The notes beneath the pieces were generated by a model. That model made no database searches. It was not told the DNA's origin and saw only the letters and a list, made by a program, of their open reading frames with translations. From Fidelibacterota bacterium (GTDB taxonomy: Bacteria > Fidelibacterota > Marinisomatia > Marinisomatales > JAHJCW01): 29,612 bases of DNA. Position 1 is the stretch's first letter. Each line of letters opens with the position of its first letter. The position numbers were made by a program, and so were the translations under genes. The stretch is from NCBI GenBank assembly GCA_036476435.1, contig JAZGBQ010000130.1:1-29612 (forward strand), written 5' to 3'. Shown here in pieces: positions 1 to 8,005 of this stretch.

Positions 1-1
1 G

Positions 2-775
2 GCACTCGACAACGCGATCGTAATAATTGATAAAGAGATCAATAAACAGGAAATGAACCGCCTGAAAAAATTATTTAACATCAAAGAAGATATTATCAGA
101 GGTGCTAACGGATTGTTGAACGGAAAAGAGCTGCGTTTCAATAATGAACCGGTACGCCATAAAACCCTCGATCTCATTGGCGATCTGGCTTTACTCGGAA
201 TGCCCATAAAGGGTCATGTGATTGCGGCTCGCAGTGGCCATGCTTCAAATGTTGAGATCGTGAAACAAATCAAACAGGAATACGAGACCAAGATACTGCA
301 GCGAAAGTATCAAAGGAAGGTCACAGCAGATTACCTTTTGGATATAGAGGCTATTTTACGCCTTATGCCCCACCGTTACCCCTTTATACTCATTGATCGC
401 ATTGTAGACATGACCGTAGGCGATAATCTGACAGCCTTGAAAAATGTGACTATTAATGAACCTTATTTCCAGGGACATTTTCCTAAGCAGCCCATCATGC
501 CAGGTGTGATGATCCTTGAGGCTATGGCTCAAGCGGGTTCCTTTTTGGTCCTGAACAGCGTGGAAAATCCAATGGAAAAGAATTTGTTTTTTACGAGTGT
601 CGATCGAACCAAATTTAGAGCGCCGGTCATACCTGGAGATCAATTAAGGATCGAAATGAAGCTTTTGAAATTTAAGTTGGGTGCAGCCCTCCTGGAAGGT
701 AAAGCCTACGTAGGTGATAAAAATGTTTGTCAGGCAATAATAATGGCAAATGTTGTCGACCGCGCAGGAGGCTGA
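2..775 (+). CDS. lpxC/fabZ: Bifunctional LpxC/FabZ (UDP-3-O-acyl-GlcNAc deacetylase / 3-hydroxyacyl-ACP dehydratase), 5'-truncated by the window edge
   Basis: Frame is open from base 2 (ALDNAIVI...), upstream of the ATG at 53. LpxC motifs LDNAIV and EPVRHKTLDLIGDL are followed by FabZ motifs LMPHRYPFILIDRI and FQGHFPKQPIMPGVMILEAMAQ. Confidence 0.95.
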   Translation, partial: ALDNAIVIIDKEINKQEMNRLKKLFNIKEDIIRGANGLLNGKELRFNNEPVRHKTLDLIGDLALLGMPIKGHVIAARSGHASNVEIVKQIKQEYETKILQRKYQRKVTADYLLDIEAILRLMPHRYPFILIDRIVDMTVGDNLTALKNVTINEPYFQGHFPKQPIMPGVMILEAMAQAGSFLVLNSVENPMEKNLFFTSVDRTKFRAPVIPGDQLRIEMKLLKFKLGAALLEGKAYVGDKNVCQAIIMANVVDRAGG

Positions 776-1553
776 CATCTCATCTGCACGCATTCATCCT
801 ACGGCTGTTGTCGATAGTGCTGCCCGGTTAGGAAAGGATGTGACCATCGGACCCTTTGCTGTCATTGAAGATGATGTCAGTATCGGCGACCGTACTAGCA
901 TCAGTAATCATGTCACCATAAAAGCCTTCACCACCATTGGTAAAGACTGCCGAGTGCATCAAAATTCTGTAATCGGTGGCATTCCTCAGGATTTGAAATT
1001 TGGGAATGAGGTCACACAGACTATAATTGGCAACAATGTTATTATACGTGAATTCGTAACAATAAATCGTGGAACCAAAGCGGTTGGAAAAACCACTGTG
1101 GGAAATAATGTGTTGCTCATGGCCAACGTTCACCTTGCCCATGATTGTACAATTGGCGAAAATGTAATCTTGGCAAATCTGGTTACTCTCGGAGGTCATG
1201 TGGAAATAGAGGAATGGGCATCTCTCGGGGGCGGGGTACTGGTCCATCAGTTTTCAAGGGTTGGGGCTTACGTCTTTGTTGGCGGAGGCTTTCGTGTTGT
1301 TCAGGATGTCCCGCCCTTTATCCTGGCTGCAGGTGAGCCATTAAAATATACTGGTATTAACCATGTAGGGCTCAGGCGAAGGGGCTATTCCCCGGAAGAA
1401 CGACAGACAATAAAAAAAGTCTATCGGCTGTACTTTCGTTCCGAATTAAATCGGTCAACAGTGCTGGAAAAGATCCGTGATGACTTCCCGAGCAATAAGA
1501 ACATTGACCGGATAATTAATTTTATTTCTTCCAGTGACCGCGGTATTATCTAG
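750..1553 (+). CDS. lpxA: Acyl-ACP--UDP-N-acetylglucosamine O-acyltransferase
   Basis: Hexapeptide repeats (IHPTAVVD..., IGPFAVIEDDVSIG), IGGIPQDLKF, REFVTINRGT, HLAHDC and GLRRRG; lies directly after lpxC/fabZ. Start position is uncertain (see findings). Confidence 0.95.
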   Translation: MLSTAQEADISSARIHPTAVVDSAARLGKDVTIGPFAVIEDDVSIGDRTSISNHVTIKAFTTIGKDCRVHQNSVIGGIPQDLKFGNEVTQTIIGNNVIIREFVTINRGTKAVGKTTVGNNVLLMANVHLAHDCTIGENVILANLVTLGGHVEIEEWASLGGGVLVHQFSRVGAYVFVGGGFRVVQDVPPFILAAGEPLKYTGINHVGLRRRGYSPEERQTIKKVYRLYFRSELNRSTVLEKIRDDFPSNKNIDRIINFISSSDRGII

Positions 1554-1577
1554 GTCAATTAATCGCCAGAATAGAAG

Positions 1578-2303
1578 ATGAATAAGTTTACCTGTACGTT
1601 TATGTTGTATGCATACCTTACCGTTTCCGCGGGTTATGGACAGTGGTCAAGTTTTGACCTGGATCCAGCTGTAGGAGACAACTTTTCCGATGAGGTTAAA
1701 CCACTGTTAAAAGGAACTGCGATGTCACTGGCGCAAGTACCACAAACTGATTGGAGTTTAGCCCGTCGCTTTAAGGTTGGATTGGCGTATTCCCATGGGA
1801 TCGCAGCAGATGCGGCTGGATTAACCAGGGGGCGGTTGAAGGGTCTTCCAGCGCTTCAGGGGGCTGTGATTGTTACAAAAAATATATTGCTGTGTGGAAA
1901 AATTGGCGGGTTCAAATCAGGCAAAGATGTGGTGCAGACCTTTAGTTATGGTTTTAATCTTCAGTTATCGGATAAAATAACGAACAACTGGTATTTGTAC
2001 ACACAATTTGCAAGACTTTCAGGTCCCGAAGATGTAAGCATGCGGGCGATAAATGGCCTGATCTTGAAAGAATTTGTTTATTCCAAGATTATTGGCCAGA
2101 TCGGGATCGGTGTTAATTTGTATTCGGCAAGGATTGCATTGGATGACGAAAATGATATCCTGCCGGGTAGATTAGAAGGACAAACCAACTATTTGGCTGT
2201 GGGAGTGGGCACAACCTGGAAGCAAGTATATATTGGTATATTAGGCCAGTTGAACACTGATGTAACATCGTTTAACATCTCGGTGTCAGGAGGAGTATAC
2301 TAA
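1578..2303 (+). CDS. Hypothetical exported protein, probable outer-membrane beta-barrel
   Basis: N-terminal signal-like segment (MNKFTCTFMLYAYLTVSAGYG), many Gly/aromatic amphipathic strands and an aromatic C-terminal residue (FNISVSGGVY). 2-nt gap to dxr. Confidence 0.6.
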   Translation: MNKFTCTFMLYAYLTVSAGYGQWSSFDLDPAVGDNFSDEVKPLLKGTAMSLAQVPQTDWSLARRFKVGLAYSHGIAADAAGLTRGRLKGLPALQGAVIVTKNILLCGKIGGFKSGKDVVQTFSYGFNLQLSDKITNNWYLYTQFARLSGPEDVSMRAINGLILKEFVYSKIIGQIGIGVNLYSARIALDDENDILPGRLEGQTNYLAVGVGTTWKQVYIGILGQLNTDVTSFNISVSGGVY

Positions 2304-2305
2304 TT

Positions 2306-3466
2306 ATGGTAAAGCGTCTGTCCATCCTGGGATCAACCGGAAGCATTGGGCGCAATGCCCTGCTTGTAGCTGAAAATTACACTGATGACCTTCAAATAGT
2401 ATACCTCACCGCTAATAAAAACAGCGAATTGCTCATCAGACAAGCGCTCAAGTTCCGACCGGAAGGAGTTGTGATCGTTGCTGAGTCGCAGGCAAAAGAA
2501 GTTGAGGATAGTCTAAAAAAGGAAGGCATGGAAGTGCTTACCGGCCGGGAGGGACTGCTGGAGGTTGCGAAAAGAGATAATATCGATCTGGTCCTTAATG
2601 GCATTGTAGGCGGAGCCGGCATGGAGCCCACACTGAATGCTGTGAAGGCTGGGAACAATGTAGCCTTGAGTAACAAGGAAAGCCTTGTCATGGCAGGGGA
2701 TTTGATAACCGGTGCCAGGAGAAAATCCGGTGCCGAGATTTACCCGGTAGATAGTGAACATTCCGCTATTTGGCAATGTTTGCAGGGCGAAGATCCAGGT
2801 GAGGTTCGTAAATTGATCCTGACTGGCAGTGGCGGTCCCTTTAGGACCCGCGGTTTGGATTCATTCGCTGCTGTTAAACCGGAAGAAGCACTGAAACACC
2901 CTAATTGGGACATGGGGGCAAAGATCACGATTGACTCTGCTACGATGATGAATAAGGGCCTGGAAGTTATTGAGGCCTACTGGCTTTTTAATATACCCCC
3001 TGAAAAGATTGAGATCGTGGTCCATCCCCAGTCTATCATTCACTCTATGGTTGAATTTCAGGACGGATCCGTTAAAGCGCAGTTGGGGGTACCCGACATG
3101 AAAATCCCTATTCAGTATGCACTTTTTTACCCCAAACATAAATTTGCGGAATGGGAATCTTTGGATTGGAATAAGGTGCGGAAACTGACTTTCGAAAAAG
3201 TTGATTTAATGCGCTTCCCAAGCATTCAGCTGGCATATGCCGCCCTGGAACGAGGGGGATCCGCTCCAGCAGTATTAAATGTTGCAAATGATACCGCTGT
3301 ATACCGATTTCTCCGTGGGGAAATAAGATTTACAGACATTCCCATGATTGTTGAAGAGGCATGCGCGGAACATACCTGGAAAGAGCACCTAAACTTGGAT
3401 GACCTGTTAGATTTGGAAAGTTGGGCCAAAGCATTTGTTAAATCTAGACAAGTACCAAACCGGTGA
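2306..3466 (+). CDS. dxr: 1-deoxy-D-xylulose-5-phosphate reductoisomerase
   Basis: ILGSTGSIG, LSNKESLV, PVDSEHSAI, LTGSGGPF, HPNWDMGAKITIDSATMMNKGLEVIEA. Confidence 0.98.
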   Translation: MVKRLSILGSTGSIGRNALLVAENYTDDLQIVYLTANKNSELLIRQALKFRPEGVVIVAESQAKEVEDSLKKEGMEVLTGREGLLEVAKRDNIDLVLNGIVGGAGMEPTLNAVKAGNNVALSNKESLVMAGDLITGARRKSGAEIYPVDSEHSAIWQCLQGEDPGEVRKLILTGSGGPFRTRGLDSFAAVKPEEALKHPNWDMGAKITIDSATMMNKGLEVIEAYWLFNIPPEKIEIVVHPQSIIHSMVEFQDGSVKAQLGVPDMKIPIQYALFYPKHKFAEWESLDWNKVRKLTFEKVDLMRFPSIQLAYAALERGGSAPAVLNVANDTAVYRFLRGEIRFTDIPMIVEEACAEHTWKEHLNLDDLLDLESWAKAFVKSRQVPNR

Positions 3467-3545
3467 AACAAATTTCATTGTAGATTGTTAGGACTAAGAT
3501 TAAGATGAGAATTAATAGTAGGAAAATGGACTTGGAGATAATTTT

Positions 3546-4721
3546 ATGACTACACTAGTGGCCGCGATCATTGTAATCGGAGCTATTGTTTTTGTTCACG
3601 AATTAGGACATTATTTCGCAGCGCGATCGGTTGGTGTTAGGGTCGATCGGTTCTCCATTGGATTTCCCCCGCGGCTGCTAACGTTCACATCACTGCCTGA
3701 CGGCTGGCTCTTTCGAATTTTCTTTTACAAACGTGATGAGAATGGAAAAGTTAATTGGGCACCCATTTTTGAACGAATGATCGGGAGGTCAGGTAGAAAA
3801 GGAACGAATACCGAATATTGCATAGCGTTAATACCTTTTGGCGGGTACGTGAAAATGGCTGGGATGATTGATGAAAGTATGGATACCGAGATCAAGCATG
3901 AACCTTACGAACTAATGAGTAAACCAGCCTGGGCTCAAGTCTGGGTTATGAGTGCCGGTGTGATAATGAATGTAATAACTGCTATTTTATTATATACGGC
4001 GGTTTCGTGGGTAATGGGCCTTCCGGAAATCAGCGATGAGCCGGTCGTGAATCAAGTGATTGAAGATAAGCCGGCACAGGCCATTGGGCTGCAGCCGGGG
4101 GACCGTATTTTAAGAATCAATGATCAGAATATCTCCACCTGGTCAGAAATGTCCAAACTGGTTCATGCGATCCCCAATACCCCAATTACACTAGTCTGGG
4201 AGCGCGAAGGAGAAATCATGGAAAGCGCTGTGACAACCAGCCAACAGATTGTATTGATCGAAGGGAAAATAGATACCTTAGGAGCAATTGGGATATATCC
4301 GAATTATAACTATGAGCCCATTGGTTTCATAAAAGCAATCCAAACCGGCATCAGGGCGACAAGAAATACCTTAAATCTCATTATAATCTCTGTAAAAATG
4401 CTGGTTTCGGGACAGGCCAGTATGAAAGATATCGGTGGTCCAATATTTATTGCACAGATCGCCGGCGAGACTGCACGCGCCGGATGGGTACCGTTGATTT
4501 CATTGATCGCTTTATTCAGTGTTAACCTGGCATTTTTAAATATATTACCCATTCCAGGGTTGGATGGCGGACATATTTTTATTACGCTGATTGAATCTGT
4601 TATTCGCCGACCGATCTCATTTCGTGTTCGAATGATAATTCAACAGATTGGTATGGCGTTGCTGCTGTTATTGATGATTACTGTCCTGGTTAATGATATT
4701 GGCAGGCTATTTACAAAGTAA
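3546..4721 (+). CDS. rseP: RIP metalloprotease RseP (site-2 protease, M50B) with one PDZ domain
   Basis: HELGH zinc motif, IPFGGYVKM, AGVIMN, PDZ region (GLQPGDRIL) and NILPIPGLDGGH; dxr-rseP synteny. Confidence 0.95.
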   Translation: MTTLVAAIIVIGAIVFVHELGHYFAARSVGVRVDRFSIGFPPRLLTFTSLPDGWLFRIFFYKRDENGKVNWAPIFERMIGRSGRKGTNTEYCIALIPFGGYVKMAGMIDESMDTEIKHEPYELMSKPAWAQVWVMSAGVIMNVITAILLYTAVSWVMGLPEISDEPVVNQVIEDKPAQAIGLQPGDRILRINDQNISTWSEMSKLVHAIPNTPITLVWEREGEIMESAVTTSQQIVLIEGKIDTLGAIGIYPNYNYEPIGFIKAIQTGIRATRNTLNLIIISVKMLVSGQASMKDIGGPIFIAQIAGETARAGWVPLISLIALFSVNLAFLNILPIPGLDGGHIFITLIESVIRRPISFRVRMIIQQIGMALLLLLMITVLVNDIGRLFTK

Positions 4722-5457
4722 ATGACTTCAACTGGAGCAGCATGGAGCCAAACTTTAATTTAATTTGAATCTTTACTGGTATTTTTTTTGCATCATCACT
4801 AAACCAGATTTTCATATCGCCCTGATTTTTAAATAAAGTCTGTCCGTCTCGATAGGGTTTTATGACCAGGCATGTAAAAGTGCCGGCGGGTACAACGACG
4901 TTTTCCTTCTTATCAACCTTTATCTGAAAATCTGTCAGCTTATTCCGGTCAAATGCCGTGAATTCGAATGTATCGCCTACTTGTAACGGGATGGTCCTGA
5001 GATAATAAAAAAGTGAATATGGATCCCGGACATCACGCGAAATCTCAATAGTATCATTGTTTGTGATTGCAATGCCGTCCGTGTAGAAAATGTTTGAAGT
5101 AAGTTGTTTGCGGTAATCGCCCTCACGGATAGATTTGACCTGACGGTGTGTAATCAGGTTATTCAGGTCCAGCCATGTGTCAATTTGATCGCGAACTTTG
5201 TAAAGACGGTCGGCAAAAGATCCCGTTTTAGCGCTGAACTGGACATGATAGGCCGGAGCCCCATTCACTTCTTCAACACCAATGACACTTAGTGTCGCTT
5301 TGCCTGCCGGGAATATATTGAATTGAGCATTATACTGGAGTTTCTCTCCAACTTGCAGCTGTGCTGGAACTGCCTGGGCGTTCAGCACTGTCGCCATGAG
5401 ATGGGTAAGAACGAAAAGTATATTGAGCTTGAGCAGCCTATTCTCGGATAGTTTCAA
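4711..5457 (-). CDS. DUF3108-like secreted protein
   Basis: Signal peptide (..TVLNAQ), GEKLQYNAQF..AGKATL, VVPAGTFTCLVIKP and WFSDDAKKIPVKIQIKLKFGS, typical of DUF3108. Its stop overlaps the rseP stop convergently. Confidence 0.75.
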   Translation of the reverse strand: MKLSENRLLKLNILFVLTHLMATVLNAQAVPAQLQVGEKLQYNAQFNIFPAGKATLSVIGVEEVNGAPAYHVQFSAKTGSFADRLYKVRDQIDTWLDLNNLITHRQVKSIREGDYRKQLTSNIFYTDGIAITNNDTIEISRDVRDPYSLFYYLRTIPLQVGDTFEFTAFDRNKLTDFQIKVDKKENVVVPAGTFTCLVIKPYRDGQTLFKNQGDMKIWFSDDAKKIPVKIQIKLKFGSMLLQLKSFTL

Positions 5458-6031
5458 TGGACTGTCCTATAAGTTTATAGATTGTTGATCCTTTTGATTC
5501 GGGTAAAGGTCCGGTGTCCACAAGCAGATCGATAGAATCGTGGAATTCCGCAGCAATCAGATCGGGTTCGTTTAATGGCGGTTCCCCTGTTCGATTAACA
5601 CTGGTTGTCGTGTAGGGATCGGGATAAACAGTAGCGAAGCCAAGTGTAAAGGGGTGTTGGGGAATACGAATTCCTAACGTTATAAGATTGCTATTGTTAT
5701 GATCGGACTGAGCGAAGATGAGTTTACTTACCACATCAGCTACGATCGGAACTATGACAGTATTCGTACCGCCCAGCAATTTCTTTACGTTATTTGAGTC
5801 CACCTTTGTTGTGTCAATCCATAAGAGGGCCGTAGCCAAGCTTGGCGCCACGATACTCATTGGACCAGACCGCTTCTTCAGGGCATTCAATCTTCTGATC
5901 GCATCATCGTCTCTGGCATTGACACCCAATCCATAAAGTGTATCCGTTGGATATGCCAAAATACCACCATTATTTATAGTATCAGCGGCTTGTTTAAAAC
6001 AGGTTGAGTCATCAGATAATACTCTGATCAT
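5438..6031 (-). CDS. tsaC: L-threonylcarbamoyladenylate synthase (short TsaC/YrdC type)
   Basis: AYPTDTLYGLG, LKKRSGP, LGIRIP, TTSVNRTG and GSTI motifs. Start reassigned to ATG 6031, which forms an ATGA overlap with the lpxL stop at 6030-6028. Confidence 0.9.
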   Translation of the reverse strand: MIRVLSDDSTCFKQAADTINNGGILAYPTDTLYGLGVNARDDDAIRRLNALKKRSGPMSIVAPSLATALLWIDTTKVDSNNVKKLLGGTNTVIVPIVADVVSKLIFAQSDHNNSNLITLGIRIPQHPFTLGFATVYPDPYTTTSVNRTGEPPLNEPDLIAAEFHDSIDLLVDTGPLPESKGSTIYKLIGQSIETIRE

Positions 6032-6900
6032 ACACGATCCTGATGGGACTTTTTTGTTTTCCATCTCCTATGAAACCAAAAATATTGTTCCGGATGCATG
6101 CGGATCCGATTTTCCAGCATGGACGTGAACCGCTGTGTTATAGCTTCTATTGTAGGTTTACCATTGATTTCAACCGGGGCGAATTCCAATACACACTGGT
6201 TTGGTTCTTCCTCCCACGAGGTAGTGAATATAATCGGAGCCTGGGCTCGCAGGTGAAACAGTGCCGGACCTTTATGTGTTGACGCTAAGGTATTAAAAAA
6301 ATTGACAAAAATTCCACGTCTTTTGGCATCCTGATCACTTACCACCCCCAGTAACTCGCCGCGATTTAAGACAGCATACATATTATTCAGGGATTCCCGT
6401 CTGAATATGTGTTTCAGGCCGCTGAGTTCCCGTTTTTCCTGAAAAAATTTATTTGCCCCACGATTTTTTTGTCGTGCCGCAATTCCAACAAATGGATATC
6501 CTTGATACCCAACCCATGCTCCCAACAATTCCCAAACGCCAAAATGTCCTGAAACTAACACGACCCCCTTTTTCTGCAACCAGGCCTTTTTGAGAAAATC
6601 TGCACCCTGTACTCTGATGTTTGCCGAATGATATGAATCCGGAAAAGCCAGGAACAGGTAAAAATTCCTTGTAAAAAACCGGTAGCTCTGCTGCAGAACA
6701 CCGTGGTGCCAATTATTTGATTTATCTGGGAATGCCCGCTGAATGTTCCTCAGAGCCTGGCGCTTTCGCAGAGGGACAATGCGGTAAATATATCCAGCCA
6801 GACGGTTGGCAAATCGCTGTCTGCGTAAGGGTGATAGTCGACGTAGCCATAAAGAGAAGTAGGTTAGGACGGCATATGTTAGTCTGTGGTGGAAGCGCAT
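6028..6900 (-). CDS. Lipid A lauroyl/myristoyl acyltransferase family (LpxL/HtrB-like)
   Basis: VLVSGHFGVWE (H-x4-E), SDQD, VNFFN..ASTHKGPA and PEQYFWFHRRWKT. Confidence 0.9.
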   Translation of the reverse strand: MRFHHRLTYAVLTYFSLWLRRLSPLRRQRFANRLAGYIYRIVPLRKRQALRNIQRAFPDKSNNWHHGVLQQSYRFFTRNFYLFLAFPDSYHSANIRVQGADFLKKAWLQKKGVVLVSGHFGVWELLGAWVGYQGYPFVGIAARQKNRGANKFFQEKRELSGLKHIFRRESLNNMYAVLNRGELLGVVSDQDAKRRGIFVNFFNTLASTHKGPALFHLRAQAPIIFTTSWEEEPNQCVLEFAPVEINGKPTIEAITQRFTSMLENRIRMHPEQYFWFHRRWKTKKSHQDRV

Positions 6901-7062
6901 AGTTTGACCGACAATTTATCTTGAGTACAAAAGGCAGAACAAGATTAAAATAACGGGAGCGCATAACTTCACACATTCATTCTGTCCGGGATTATCCGTA
7001 AATTTTATAGCGTTAAAATACTGGTAATTGCGATCTGCGTTGCTAGAGACGAATGACAAAGC

Positions 7063-7176
7063 ATGTACAAAGATTTAATACTAAGATTATTGCGTGAGGA
7101 TGTAGCTGATGACCAGTATTATATTTGGACAGAACAAGAAGAGCAATTTACTGATCTGAATTGGAGTAACAATTGA
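7063..7176 (+). CDS. Candidate 37-aa acidic small protein (MYKDLILRLLREDVADDQYYIWTEQEEQFTDLNWSNN), below the ORF-track cutoff
   Basis: Translated by hand: ATG 7063 to TGA 7174-7176. Fills the intergenic gap upstream of the liaF-like gene. No clear SD. Confidence 0.3.
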   Translation: MYKDLILRLLREDVADDQYYIWTEQEEQFTDLNWSNN

Positions 7177-7192
7177 GGATCTCAGACGCTCT

Positions 7193-7210
7193 TATTATAT
7201 TTATATAATA
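7193..7210. promoter_or_regulatory. Perfect 8-2-8 palindrome TATTATAT-TT-ATATAATA; candidate operator overlapping a TATAAT hexamer
   Basis: Seen directly, 4 nt upstream of the AGGAGG SD (7215-7220) of the liaF-like gene. AT-rich, so chance is possible. Confidence 0.3.
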
Positions 7211-7225
7211 TATCAGGAGGTTGAT

Positions 7226-7921
7226 ATGGCTGGACATAGAAATAGATATTCACAACGGAACTGGGTTGGATTCCTGTTAATTTTAATGGGGGTTCTATTT
7301 ATTCTGGAAACGTTTGATTTCCTTGATTTCGGGTACACATTTGCCCGCTGGTGGCCGCTCATTTTGATTGTGATCGGTTTTTTAAAATTAAAAGGCCGGG
7401 AAAAAGCATGGGGTGCGATCATGCTTGGTGTCGGGGTTGCATTTTTACTGGCAAATCTTGAATTTATAGACTGGGGAGATATTTGGAGATTGTGGCCGCT
7501 GGTTCTGATTCTGATCGGACTCTCAATGGTAATGCGTAGTCGCCGGCAGTCACGATTCTGGAGACTTAGGGCTAAGGGTGAGACGTCGGATGATTTTATG
7601 CGTGCAAGTGCAATTTTCGGGGGAAATGAACAACGAGTTGTATCAAATGATTTTAAAGGTGGGGATATCATGGCTTTGTTTGGGGGTGTGGAACTGGATC
7701 TTCGACAAGCAAAAGTATCTTCAAAGGAATGTACGTTGAATCTTACCGCCCTGTTCGGCGGGATTGAGATTCTGGTGCCGCCAAATTGGGATTTAGTCGT
7801 AAGGGGAACACCCATATTCGGCGGGATCGAAAGCCGTGAATCCATGGTTGATTCTAGTGAAAAACTGAACCGGGTGGTATTTCGATGCACGGTCGCGTTC
7901 GGTAGTGTTGAAATTAAGTAA
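7226..7921 (+). CDS. LiaF-related cell-envelope stress membrane protein (N-terminal TM repeats plus DUF2154-like beta domain)
   Basis: Repeated TM motifs (RWWPLILIVIG / RLWPLVLILIG), then IFGGNEQRV..FKGGDIMALFGGVELDLRQA..ALFGGIEILVP..PIFGGIE. AGGAGG SD. Confidence 0.85.
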   Translation: MAGHRNRYSQRNWVGFLLILMGVLFILETFDFLDFGYTFARWWPLILIVIGFLKLKGREKAWGAIMLGVGVAFLLANLEFIDWGDIWRLWPLVLILIGLSMVMRSRRQSRFWRLRAKGETSDDFMRASAIFGGNEQRVVSNDFKGGDIMALFGGVELDLRQAKVSSKECTLNLTALFGGIEILVPPNWDLVVRGTPIFGGIESRESMVDSSEKLNRVVFRCTVAFGSVEIK

Positions 7922-8005
7922 TTTCTCTTATGAGAATTAATTACAACTTGGGAACTTAATGCGGTGAATCATGTGTTTATATAAAGATGTGAAGGTATTG
8001 TGTAT

